The notes beneath the pieces are model-generated. The model did no database searches, was not told the origin of the DNA, and saw nothing but the letters and a program-made list of their open reading frames with translations. This document shows, piece by piece, positions 11,490-23,770 of a stretch of 64,000 bases of DNA. A program made the position numbers and the translations under genes. Origin of the DNA: Macrostomum lignano (Eukaryota); NCBI GenBank assembly GCA_002269645.1, contig NIVC01000214.1, forward strand, positions 7,559 through 71,558, written 5' to 3'. Numbering within the stretch: the first letter of the stretch is position 1; each line of letters opens with the position of its first letter.

Positions 11490-12224
11490 TGGATGGAGCG
11501 CGCAACTACAGCACTTGTAGACAGCTGGCAGTTGGACAGCTCAATAGTGACTGCCAGCTGCAATGCAAAATAAAATAAATATTACAAAATGCAACTTAGC
11601 TGGCTCTGGTAGTCCACTTTTAACTCCATTTTTGTTTTCTTTCTCCATTTATTTGCTCTTGTGTTTGTGTTTCATTTCTCTTTCCCACTTTGTTTCATTC
11701 TTTTTTGTACTTTTTGCATAATTTGTTTTAGGCAAGGGTTTAATTTTTTGGCTCATTTTGGCTAGGAGCCTCTTTTATCTAGCTAGATTAGCTAGGTTGG
11801 TCAGGTGTTATACATGCATGACAAAGACAAGGGTCATATTTTTCTTTGTTTTGCTAAATCCCTTGAGATAAAATAATTGATAATAGAGCCATCATTTAAT
11901 AAACTTGAGTATTTCCAGTTTTTTTTAGAATGCCAGTGCTAGACTTAGGTAATGGAAGGTAACGGAAGTTATTTTTTATAGGTCCAGTTTTCTAGTACTT
12001 GAAAATAAAATTTTAGGTGCCAAACAGCCAATTTAGCACTAAATATTTCCCAAAAGTGCAAAAAATTCACCAAAATACTTGTAGTACAATTAAAAAAGGT
12101 AAAAAGAGATGATCCTATATCATGTCATTTTTACTTTTTAAGTTAAAACACATTTTAAGCATCATAGAATCATAGAATGAAGTGATTATTGGTAAGATCA
12201 CTAGCAGTATTATCAGGGGGTGAT

Positions 12225-12733
12225 GGTCATTTTGTCAACTAGCATTTTGTCAACTCAGTTGACGAAGTGACCAAAGTGTTGGGGCGACTTTACTGGTTGA
12301 CAAAGTAACCAATGCCTAGGTCCTTCCCATTTGCTTGTTGACGAAGTGACCAAAATTTTTATTATATGAATGATACATGTATATAGCTGATACAGCTGCA
12401 TATCTTGTATAGCTTACAATTATTGTTATATCGATGACTAGTTTTATTAATTGCCTTATTTTTTAAAACAATCAGATTTTGCAATTTTGCAATACCAGAC
12501 TGCATGTCCATAGGTTAAATGTTTTGATGCAAATATCTATGCAAATGCATCACCCATGCACACTTATACCCATATGCGTCTGGGCATTAATGAATCTTGA
12601 GTATTTGTGTTATGTGACCATACATGTGACTATGTAACATTGGTATTTCTCCTATCAAAATGCATCGAGGACTGTGATAAAACCGAGTTGACAAAATGGC
12701 CAGTTGACGAAATGCCAGTTGACAAAATAACTA
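12225..12733. mobile_element. Putative non-autonomous DNA element with inverted subterminal ATTTTGTCAACT repeats
   Basis: Left GGTCATTTTGTCAACTAGCATTTTGTCAACTC; right GAGTTGACAAAATGGCCAGTTGACGAAATGCCAGTTGACAAAATAAC is its imperfect reverse complement. Exact ends and TSD not resolved. Confidence 0.55.
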
Positions 12734-13126
12734 GGACTAGGACCCTTATCAGGATACTTTTGATTTTTGATTCAATCAAAAACAAGATCAAGATCAAGGA
12801 TAGGCCTAATCTTGAATGACCATCATAGGCCTTGTTAGCATTTTTACCTAACTGTTGACATACTTGTTTGAAAACTGAATACTAGGCCCTAATTTATATG
12901 TAGGCCCCTAGGCCTAAGGCCTAAGGCCTAAACAAAAATATTAACACAAAACTGTCTAAGTCAAAATAATGTTAACATAACAGAAACAGACATAGCGAGG
13001 CCTTAATAATGAACACAGACTGCTATAACTTAAAGTTAGGTCTGAACACAATCTATAAGCCTATTAATAGGCCTATGGTTAAAGATTGTCCAGTGAATAA
13101 GTGAATGCAGTAGCAGCACTCCTAAA

Positions 13127-13776
13127 CCATAGTCAGGAAGGTGTCCGTACGCCGGAATTTTCCGGTGTACATCAGCCCCCCCCCCAAAAAAATGGCGTAC
13201 AGTTTCGCGTACACGCGGTCCGAAAAATGGTGTACAGAGTTCTTGGCGTACACAACACAGTTTTTGCATGCAAAAATCTGTCCAAAAATCGGCCTACAAT
13301 ATTTGCATGTGATTGGCGTAAGAACAAATGTTTAAAAAACCTGCAAACAACCCAATTACTTCGACAAAGTATTGTATATCGTTCAATTTTAGTGAAATGG
13401 TAAATCTATTTTCATCTTTAAAACGCTGAAATTACGTAAATTTTGAATCTAATTTATTGTTAACAAAACTTTACTAAAGTTTTGTGTAAGTCAGTTATTT
13501 ATTTTACCTTATTAACTAATTCTGTACAATAATTACTTTAGTATTTTAGATTTCTTCACGTTACAACAGATGACATACAGGTAAGTTAAGATTTAAGTTG
13601 CAAATTTCGCGCATTTGCAGTTTTTTTGGGTCCTCAATTTTGGCGTACGCTTTTTTGGGCTATTCAATTTTGGCGTACGTCAAAAAGCGCTTTTTTAGGG
13701 CTTTTCAATTTTGGCGTACACAACATTTTTTCTTAATTTTCATTCCGGCGTACACTGGACACCTTCCTGACTATGG
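13127..13776. mobile_element. 650-bp non-autonomous DNA transposon (MITE-like), CCATAG termini, 8-bp TSD
   Basis: TIR CCATAGTCAGGAAGGTGTCC(AGT)GTACGCCGGAAT at both ends. TSD CTCCTAAA at 13119-13126 and 13777-13784. Internal GGCGTAC repeats; no transposase ORF. Confidence 0.92.
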
Positions 13777-15559
13777 CTCCTAAATTTAAGCAATAAGAAT
13801 ATTTTTTAGAAATAATTGTTCTTCATTTCATATACTAAAATGAGTTGTCTGTAGCTAAGCTAATAATAACTAATAATGAAGATAATGAAGATAATAACAT
13901 AATAACTAATAATGAAGATAATGAAGATAATAACAGGGCTTCATAAGCTGAATTATAAGCTGAAGGCTAAAGCCTCTTCTTGTTCTTAGTCCTTAGAGAA
14001 CACGAATGTGCCTAGTGAACTCTGAAACCAAAGTTTTGGCCAATTTCCTTTCTGGCAATCCCAATTAGAAACCTAGGATTAATAATGTTGCATTAGAGCA
14101 CTTTAAAACGAGTTAAAATGGTTAGAATTAGCATGTTTTAGTTATGCTGCGATTTTATAAATTAGAAATCATTATTTTCAAAGAAACCAATCAGTTAATT
14201 GCGTTGCGTCTATACTATACCCAATTACCTTGTACCCTGGATGATTTTGATTATGAGTGAGCGTGAACAAATATGCTTACGGACAGAATTAGCGAACAGG
14301 TCATTTCCTTTTGTTGGTAGTATTGGTAGTAGAAAATTTTGATATAAATATTTCTTCCAGAATATGGGAATTTATATAATATATTTATAACAAATATGTT
14401 TTAAGTTTAGTTAGAATTCATATTAGGACTTATATTATATATATGATGTAAGTTAAAAACAAGAGTTATAAAACTTATATTGTAGGACTTATGCATCCTA
14501 ATAAAAATTACTGATCATAAATTTTAGAAAGCTTATAGGCCTAGTTAAGGGTGACTTAAGTCATCCTTGCTTATTTATACTATATATACTATTTTTTAAT
14601 ATAAATAATGCCATGCTCTCAAATTGAGTCTATACAATAGAAAAGAATTTAAAATCTGTTTAAAATATAGTTAGTAATGATTTTTACTTGTTTGTTTGTA
14701 AACTAAACTGAATACTAGTTTCCATTTTTTAATTAAGTATATATATAAACAAAATAAATGTAATACTAATAGAAGTAATCTTTTTTAAATTCTATTCTTA
14801 TATCCAAGTCTATAAAAGCTTAGGCTCCTAATTGATTGTGTTATGACATTATTGTTATGTATTATTATTGCTATTATTAGTGCTACACTTATATACAAAT
14901 ATAGTTATTTTAGATTGCATAAGTCAAAATTATATAAAATATAAAAGCACTAAAATTGTTTGCAAAATATTATTAATAATTTTTTAAATTATGTCTACAA
15001 AAACCCTATATATAAATAAATTTTTGTTCCAAATGAACTAAATACCAAGCCTTCAAGTTCCACTTTCTTGCATGCTTAGAAAAATTTAAATTTTAATAAG
15101 CTATTTACTTTTAACCAAATAAGATCTAAAGTGCTTAGAATCTTATTAAGAAAAAGAATTAGGAAATATTACTAAGAAATTCTATTCTAAGAGGAAAGCT
15201 ATAAACTCTCTAATCCAAATAATACCTAAGACTAAAAATAATATATAAATTTATAATATTTAATATTAATAAAACCATTCAGGCCAGAAATATATTAAGA
15301 AATGCTACTAGAACTGCCATAATATATTATCAAAAATACCATTAGAAATATACTAATAATGAGAATTAGAACAACTAACTAAATTTTATTAATAGCTTTT
15401 TAAAATGAAAAACGTCTATTATACCTTAGTGGTATCAGTAAGATAATTTTAGATGATAGAATCAACAACCCCTTTGGTGGTGGCAGCAGTGGGTTTGCAA
15501 TAAGCAGCACTACCATAACTTGGTAGCAACAATAAGATATTCTAGGATAAAACAAAATG

Positions 15560-15860
15560 CCTATAACAAGTGAATAGGTAAGCAGACACTAAGTGAATAG
15601 GTGAATAGGCATTCAAAATGAATAGGGTGAATAGACACTCTAAGTGAATAGGTGAATAAGCACTCAAAGTGAATGGGTAAATAGGCACTCCAGATAAATG
15701 GGTGAACAGGTAGGTGAATGGGGTGAACAGGCACTCTATGTGAATGGGGTGAACAGGCACTCTATGGAATGGGGTGAACAGGCACTCTATGTGAATTGGG
15801 TGAACAGGCACTATATGTGAATGGGGTGAACAGGCAGTAGGTGAATGGAATAGCCAGGTG
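15560..15860. repeat. About 26-bp minisatellite (GTGAATGGGGTGAACAGGCACTCTAT), degenerate at the left
   Basis: Direct inspection. Confidence 0.8.
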
Positions 15861-16131
15861 AATATGCAGTCCAGATGAGAAGTCTTTAAAGAAACCAATT
15901 TCGAATATCTTGTTTATGAATACTTGAAAAAATATCATAATTTTTTGTTGGCTCACTAATTAGAAACAAAGTTTTAAATTTGTTTGCGTAAAACAGGTAC
16001 AACTGTGTGTCTGCAGTGAATTTTGTTGTCAATCTGAGCTAACAAATATTAGTTGCTATGAAAACTGGCTATCCAACAAGCATATGGTATTGTACTATTT
16101 CTGTTAGTTGAAGCTGTAAAACACTAAAAAG

Positions 16132-16527
16132 ATGTCAGCATCAGCGGCTTCGCTGAGCAGCCAGCGCCAGCGAGTGCTCAGCCTGTACCGTCAGATCCTT
16201 CGTTTGGCCAGGCAGTGGCCTGGCCGGCCAGGCGTGGCAGACCCGGCCACGGAGGCGGCCTACATCCGGACAGAGGCTGGCACCCTGTTCCGCCAGCACA
16301 AGTCTTTGTCAGACCCGGTCGTCATCGAGTCTCACATTGCGGAGGCGGAGTCGCGCATTAATTTGGCTCTGCACTACAATATCCCATATCCGCGCATGCC
16401 AAATTTGCCGCCTGGTTGCTTAGCAACGCCCGGCCAGCCGAAGCGTCGGACAGCCCGCGGCATGGACGACGCCCTGCCGGCTTATATGAAAAGCTACAAA
16501 TCCGGCTACGCGCCTAAGATCAAGTAG
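16132..16527 (+). CDS. LYRM1: LYR motif-containing protein 1 (mitochondrial LYRM family), single coding exon, 131 aa
   Basis: VLSLYRQILRLARQW LYR motif, YIRTEAGTLFRQHKSL and LALHYNIPYPRM match the LYRM1 pattern (LYRxIFRLARKW...YIxxEARTLF...GLHYKIPYPRP). Confidence 0.93.
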   Translation: MSASAASLSSQRQRVLSLYRQILRLARQWPGRPGVADPATEAAYIRTEAGTLFRQHKSLSDPVVIESHIAEAESRINLALHYNIPYPRMPNLPPGCLATPGQPKRRTARGMDDALPAYMKSYKSGYAPKIK

Positions 16528-16801
16528 TATTTGAGCAGCCGTTGCTGAACTTGAGATAGCGGAATTTGACTGCTTATTTAGTGACAGCAACTTGCTTGTT
16601 TGATGTACTTTTGCGATTTCCGAGTTCGAGTTTGATGCCCTAATAGCTCTGAGCTTCATCGGCCTTTTTAACCTTAAAAATCGCTCCCCGCATTATTCCA
16701 GAATCACATTTGAGCTTCATAAATCAATAATCAATAATTGCTTTTCATCGCCCTGAGAAACGGCTTTATAATCATAAAAAAATAGCCCTTCATCGCCCTT
16801 A

Positions 16802-17163
16802 AGAATCGCCCTCCATCATCACCAAGAATCGCCCTCCATCATCACCAAGAATCACCCTCCATCATCACCAAGAATCACCCTCCATCATCACCAAGAATCA
16901 CCCTCCATCATCACCAAGAATCGCCCTCCATCATCACCAAGAATCACCCTCCATCATCACCAAGAATCACCCTCCATCATCACCAAGAATCACCCTCCAT
17001 CATCACCAAGAATCACCTTCCATCATCACCAAGAATCGCCCTCCATCATCACCAAGAATCACCCTCCATCATCACCAAGAATCACCCTCCATCATCACCA
17101 AGAATCACCTTCCATCATCACCAAGAATCGCCCTCCATCATCACCAAGAATCGCCCTCCATCA
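16802..17163. repeat. 23-bp minisatellite (AAGAATCACCCTCCATCATCACC)
   Basis: Direct inspection. Confidence 0.95.
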
Positions 17164-18089
17164 TCATCTCTCCTCGAGCATTGCCATTTGTAACGGGCAT
17201 TTGTAAATTGAATAAATAAAATTGTTTGACTCTGAACTTTGTTTTTCATATTAAACAACACATTTTCGTCTATTTTGCTTACTTTTCTATTTGTAGTAGT
17301 ATAGTAGAATCGCTTTAGGATTTTAATTCGATTGTCATTCAACCGCGAGCAACCCCGCGCAGCCACAAAGGTGGCAGCCTAAATAGGCACGCGCACGCAC
17401 CAACGCACCCACCACCCCACCAGACAGCCAGCACCCAAACAGCCCCCCTTGCACTAACAGCGGTTAGCCCTCGCGGGCTCGCGCAAACCGATGCACTATC
17501 GCGTAGTTATACAAGCAGCACAAGCTGGCCTAAGAGCCTAGAAAATATTCGGTCAACTTCCTGTAGGATATACGACTGAAAATATTCTGCAACTTGTATC
17601 AAATGAATAAACGATTTTAATAAAAAATCTGCTCTTACCAGCTCGTAGTAAAAAGGAGTATAAATTAGGATATTGGAAATCACCTGTCTGTCTCGCGGGT
17701 TTGTCGAAAATGATTTATTAGTTAATATCCTCTGGCAAGTGTTGCTTTCGTGTGTTTTCCATTTCACTCTTGTTGGTTGTTCAGTTCATTTCCTGCCGCG
17801 CTTCTTCTTGGATGAGGAAGGGCAGCCGCGGCTGCTGGGAGCTATAATTAGATTACTTTGAGCGATGAAGCACCGAGCGAGCGTGCAACCTAGCCTAGCT
17901 CGGGTCTGTTTATGTGGGCTGACAAATGCTTTTTGCTTAATAACATTCGCTTGCGTAAGCGGAATTTCTTGTTTTTTTTCTTGTGCAAAAAAATGTAACT
18001 TAAAAAAACAGGGTGATTTTTCGCGCAAAAAAGTTGGCTAGGGCTTCTAAGAGATGTTTCTTTAGCTTTTCTAGGCTTTCTTAGCTGAT

Positions 18090-18160
18090 TCTTTGCGGTT
18101 TTGAACGCGTCCGATTCTTGCATTAGGGTTCTCTCGGGTTCGATTCCTGCCGCGTGCTCA
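18090..18160 (+). promoter_or_regulatory. Pol III B box (GGTTCGATTCC at 18137-18147) in a degenerate tRNA-like head
   Basis: Exact B-box consensus; the A box is degenerate. Confidence 0.5.
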
Positions 18161-18184
18161 GGGTCAGCGGAATGGGCCCGACTG

Positions 18185-18466
18185 CAACTGATTAACTGAC
18201 TGACTAACTAACTAACTGACTGACTAACTAACTGAATAACTAACTAACTGACTAACTAACTAACTGACTGACTAACTAATTAACTAACTGACTAACTAAC
18301 TAACTAACTAACTGACTGACTAACTAACTGAATAACTAACTAACTAACTGACTAACTAACTAACTAACTAACTAACTGACTGACTAACTAACTGAATAAC
18401 TAACTAACTGACTGACTAACTAACTGACTAACTAACTAACTGACTGACTAACTAATTAACTAACTG

Positions 18467-18497
<31 letters not shown>

Positions 18498-18900
18498 GAC
18501 TGACTAACTAACTGAATAACTAACTGACTAACTAACTAACTGACTGACTAACTAATTAACTAACTGACTAACTAATTAACTAACTAACTAACTAACTAAC
18601 TGACTAACTAACTAACTGAATAACTAACTAACTAACTAACTAACTAACTGACTAACTAACTAACTGAATAACTAACTAACTGACTAACTAACTAACTGAC
18701 TGACTAACTAATTAACTAACTGACTAACTAACTGACTAACTAACTGACTAACTAACTGACTAACTAACTAACTGAATAACAAACTAACTGACTAACTAAC
18801 TAACTGACTGACTAACTAATTAACTAACTGACTAACTAACTAACTGACTGACTGACTAACTAACTGACTGACTAACTAACTGACTAACTAATTAACTAAA

Positions 18901-18937
<37 letters not shown>

Positions 18938-18956
18938 GACTAACTAATTAACTAAA

Positions 18957-18993
<37 letters not shown>

Positions 18994-19008
18994 GACTAAC
19001 TAACTGAA

Positions 19009-19051
<43 letters not shown>

Positions 19052-19218
19052 TTAACTAAATAACTAACTAATTAACTAACTAACTAACTGACTAACTAAC
19101 TAACTAACTAACTGAATAACTAACTGACTAACTAACTAACTATCTAACTAACTAACTGAATAAATAACTAACTAACTAACTGACTGACTAACTAATTAAC
19201 TAACTAATTAACTAACTG

Positions 19219-19249
<31 letters not shown>

Positions 19250-19316
19250 GACTAACTAACTGACTAACTAACTAACTAACTGACAGACTAACTAATTAAC
19301 TAAATAACTAACTAAT

Positions 19317-19365
<49 letters not shown>

Positions 19366-19463
19366 GACTGACTGACTGACTGACTAACTAACTGAATAAC
19401 TAACTGACTAACTCACTGAATATCTAACTAACTAACTAACTGACTAATTAACAAAATAACTAG

Positions 19464-19509
<46 letters not shown>

Positions 19510-19514
19510 GACTG

Positions 19515-19545
<31 letters not shown>

Positions 19546-19616
19546 GAATAACTAACTGACTAACTAACTGAATAACTAATTAACTAACTAACTAACTAAC
19601 TAACTAATTAACTAAA

Positions 19617-19649
<33 letters not shown>

Positions 19650-19662
19650 GACTTACTAACTG

Positions 19663-19701
<39 letters not shown>

Positions 19702-19762
19702 GAATAACTAACTAACTAACTAACTGACTGACTAACCAATTAACTAACTAATTAACTAACTG

Positions 19763-19809
<47 letters not shown>

Positions 19810-19978
19810 GACTAACTAACTGACTAACTAACTAACTGACTGACTAACTAACTAACTGACAGACTAACTAATTAACTAAATAACTAACTAACTAACTAAC
19901 TAACTAACTGACTGACTAACTAACTGACTAACTAACTGACTAACTAACTGACTAACTAACTAACTAACTAACTAACTG

Positions 19979-20009
<31 letters not shown>

Positions 20010-20024
20010 GACTAACTAACTGAA

Positions 20025-20067
<43 letters not shown>

Positions 20068-20234
20068 TTAACTAAATAACTAACTAACTAACTAACTAAC
20101 TAACTGACTAACTAACTAACTAACTAACTGAATAACTAACTGACTAACTAACTAACTATCTAACTAACTAACTGAATAAATAACTAACTAACTAACTGAC
20201 TGACTAACTAATTAACTAACTAATTAACTAACTG

Positions 20235-20265
<31 letters not shown>

Positions 20266-20332
20266 GACTAACTAACTGACTAACTAACTAACTAACTGAC
20301 AGACTAACTAATTAACTAAATAACTAACTAAT

Positions 20333-20373
<41 letters not shown>

Positions 20374-20471
20374 GACTGACTGACTGACTGACTAACTAAC
20401 TGAATAACTAACTGACTAACTCACTGAATATCTAACTAACTAACTAACTGACTAATTAACAAAATAACTAG

Positions 20472-20525
<54 letters not shown>

Positions 20526-20632
20526 GACTGACTAACTAACTGACTAACTAACTAACTAACTGAATAACTAACTGACTAACTAACTGAATAACTAATTAAC
20601 TAACTAACTAACTAACTAACTAATTAACTAAA

Positions 20633-20665
<33 letters not shown>

Positions 20666-20678
20666 GACTTACTAACTG

Positions 20679-20717
<39 letters not shown>

Positions 20718-20778
20718 GAATAACTAACTAACTAACTAACTGACTGACTAACCAATTAACTAACTAATTAACTAACTG

Positions 20779-20829
<51 letters not shown>

Positions 20830-20900
20830 GACTAACTAACTGACTAACTAACTAACTGACTGACTAACTAACTAACTGACAGACTAACTAATTAACTAAA

Positions 20901-20933
<33 letters not shown>

Positions 20934-20974
20934 GACTGACTAACTAACTGACTAACTAACTGACTAACTAACTG

Positions 20975-21005
<31 letters not shown>

Positions 21006-21064
21006 GACTAACTAACTAACTGACTGACTAACTAACTAACTGACAGACTAACTAATTAACTAAA

Positions 21065-21101
<37 letters not shown>

Positions 21102-21200
21102 GACTGACTAACTAACTGACTGACTAACTAACGCTAGTTAATTAAATAACTAACGAACCAACTAACTAAATTTGACTAACTAAAAAACTAGCTGACTGAC
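18185..21200. repeat. About 3-kb (ACTA)n/(ACTG)n satellite with a ~1.01-kb higher-order duplication
   Basis: Rare variants recur at offsets of 1008-1016 bp (e.g. ACAAAATAACTAGC at 19451 and 20459). Confidence 0.95.
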
Positions 21201-21202
21201 CA

Positions 21203-21272
21203 ACTGTGGCCACGGTGCGGAATCGAACCTGGGAGCCCTGACGCAACGGTCTATACGCGCTACCACCCCAGT
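21203..21272 (-). promoter_or_regulatory. Degenerate tRNA-like/SINE head with A box (TGGTAGCGCG) and B box (GGTTCGATTCC, 21219-21229)
   Basis: Read on the minus strand; the T-stem does not pair, so it is not a tRNA gene. Confidence 0.6.
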
Positions 21273-21289
21273 CCTCTTAGTTTCTACAG

Positions 21290-21676
21290 CAAGCGCACAT
21301 CGCACTTCTGGAATTCCAGTCGCAATCCGGGCAGACGCACCAGCCGGACGAAGCCGCGAACTGGGAGGCGGTGGACGAGCGGCTGCTGCACGTCGAGCAC
21401 GGCGGCCTGCTGCTGGCCGGCGGCGGCGGCTGCCGCGTCTCCGGCCTCGACTCGGCGGCGCCGCGGCTTCAACAGGGCCGGCTGGATCTGCGCGGCCGCT
21501 ACAAAGACGCCGCTGGCACCGTGATGTACTTTGAGCTGTTGGACGCCGGGGAAGGCGCCGCCGGTCCAACATGTCGGCTGGTTGGCCAGACGGAGAAGCT
21601 GCTGCTGGTGGAGCCGCCTATGCAGAGCAAATCAGTGCTGGGCAGGACGGCAGCTCGCGATAAGGCGGCCAACTGA
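21290..21676 (+). CDS. GTF3C6: General transcription factor IIIC subunit 6-like (TFIIIC35) exon; no in-frame ATG at its 5' end
   Basis: After the acceptor TTTCTACAG the frame reads QAHIALLEF...CRVSGLDSAAPRLQQGRLDLRGRYKDAAGTVMYFE...CRLVGQTEKLLLV. This parallels the GTF3C6 core (LVLVELSG...CKVLGIDTERPILQVDSCVFAGEYEDTLGTCVIFE...YKCHTMKKL). Stop TGA at 21676. Confidence 0.8.
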   Translation, partial: QAHIALLEFQSQSGQTHQPDEAANWEAVDERLLHVEHGGLLLAGGGGCRVSGLDSAAPRLQQGRLDLRGRYKDAAGTVMYFELLDAGEGAAGPTCRLVGQTEKLLLVEPPMQSKSVLGRTAARDKAAN

Positions 21677-21739
21677 TGAATTCAAAGAGTATTTATAAGA
21701 GTATTTAATGGGAGAATTGCTAAGGGCAGTAGATTTTCC

Positions 21740-21960
21740 ATTGACTGGTTGGGGAGAATTTTCCCATAGATTAATTGGGGAGATTTTTCCCATAGACTAA
21801 TTAGGGAGATTTTTCCCATAGACTAATTATGGAGACTTTTGCCATTGACTAGTTGGGGAGATTTTTGCCATTGACTTATTGAGGATATTTTTGCCCTTTG
21901 ACTAATTAGGAAGATTTTCCCATTGACTGGTTGGGTAGGTTTTTCCCATAGACGGGTTTC
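21740..21960. repeat. Degenerate ~26-bp repeat (GGGAGATTTTTCCCATAGACTAATT)
   Basis: Direct inspection. Confidence 0.75.
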
Positions 21961-22374
21961 AGTTTGTTTAGTTTAGTAAATTTTCCCCACAGTTGTATAT
22001 TCTCTTGTCATTTGTCACTTTGCTGTTTTTGCTTTCGAGTTTATAGACTCGTAATTAGTGTTCGCTTTGTACGTTGAAATGTGTAAATATATTATAATTA
22101 TTGTACAGTACATTTAGTGCAGAGTTGAGCACTTCTATACATGTGCTTTCCGAGTTAAAATGCAAAACATGTCTCCATATTGTTCCTATTCATTTTCTTT
22201 ACTGTAATCTGCCCTTAGAATAGGACAGCCAAACAGGTCTGCATCTACTGGCGCTGCAGCTGCTTACCTTTCATTGGATGTCCTATTTATTTAGCGGTAC
22301 CAATTATCCTGGCATGGCTAAATATTGCAACCTAAGAATGCGGTCATATCTAATAATCCGACTCAGAGATTCGC

Positions 22375-23770
22375 TTCCGACTCCGCCCCTCTCAAAAATC
22401 GCATCCAAATCCGCGCCTCTCAAAAATCGCATCCAAATTCGCTCCCTCCCAAAAATCGCATCCAAATCCGCCCCTCTCAAAAATCGTATCCAAATCCGCC
22501 GCCTCTCAAAAATCGCATCTAAATCCGCCCTCTCAAAAATCGCATCCAAATCCGCCCTCTCAAAAATCGCATCCAAATCCGCCCCCTCTCAAAAATCGCA
22601 TCCAAATCCGCCCCCTCTCAAAAATCGCATTTAAATCCGCCCCTCCCAAAAATCGCATCCAAATCCACCATCTCCCAAAAATCGCATCCAAATTCGCTCC
22701 CTCTCAAAAATCGCATCCAAATCCGCGCCTCTCAAAAATCGCATCCAAATCCGCCGCCTCTCAAAAATCGCATCTAAATCCGCCCTCCCAAAAATCGCAT
22801 CTAAATCCGCCCCCTCTCAAAAATCGCATTTAAATCCGCCCCTCCCAAAAATCGCATTTAAATCCGCCCCTCCCAAAAATCGCATCCAAATCCACCATCT
22901 CCCAAAAATCGCATCCAAATTCGCTCCCTCTCAAAAATCGCATCCAAATCCGCGCCTCTCAAAAACCGCATCCAAATCCGCCGCCTCTCAAAAATCGCAT
23001 CTAAATCCGCCCTCCCAAAAATCGCATCTAAATCCGCCCCTCTCAAAAATCGCATCTAAATCCGCCCCCCTCTCAAAAATCACATCTAAATCCGCCCCCC
23101 TCTCAAAAATCACATTTAAATCCGCCCCCTCCAAAAAATCGTATCCAAATCCGCCCCCTCCCAAAAATCGCATCTAAATCCGCCCCCTCCCAAAAATCGC
23201 ATCCAAATCCGCCCCCTCTCAAAAGTCGCATCCAAATCCACCATCTCCCAAAAATCGCATCTAAATCCGCCCCTCCCAAAAATCGTATCCAAATCCGCCC
23301 CCTCCTAAAATCGCATCCAAATCCGCCCCCTCCCAAAAATCGCATCTAAATCCGCCCCCTCTCAAAAATCGTATCCAAATCCGCCCCCTCCCAAAAATCG
23401 CATCTAAATCCGCCCCCTCTCAAAAATCACATCTAAATCCGCCCCCTCCCAAAAATCGCATCCAAATCCGTCCCCTCCCAAAAATCGCATCCATATTCGC
23501 CCCCTCTCAAAAGTCGCATCTAAATCCGCCCCTCCCAAAAATCGTATCTAAATCCGCCCCTCCCAAAAATCGCATCTAAATCCGCCCCCTCCCAAAAATC
23601 GTATCTAAATCCGCCCCTCCCAAAAATCGTATCGAAATCCGCCCCTCCCAAAAATCGCATCTAAATCCGCCCCCTTCCAAAAATCGTATCCAATTCCGCC
23701 CCTCTCAAAAATCGCATCCAAATTCGCCCCCTCTCAAAAGTCGCATCGAATCCAAATCCACCCCCTCCCC
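22375..23770. repeat. About 25-28-bp minisatellite (AAAAATCGCATCCAAATCCGCCCCTCTC)
   Basis: Direct inspection; accounts for the ORFs at 22278-23345. Confidence 0.95.
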
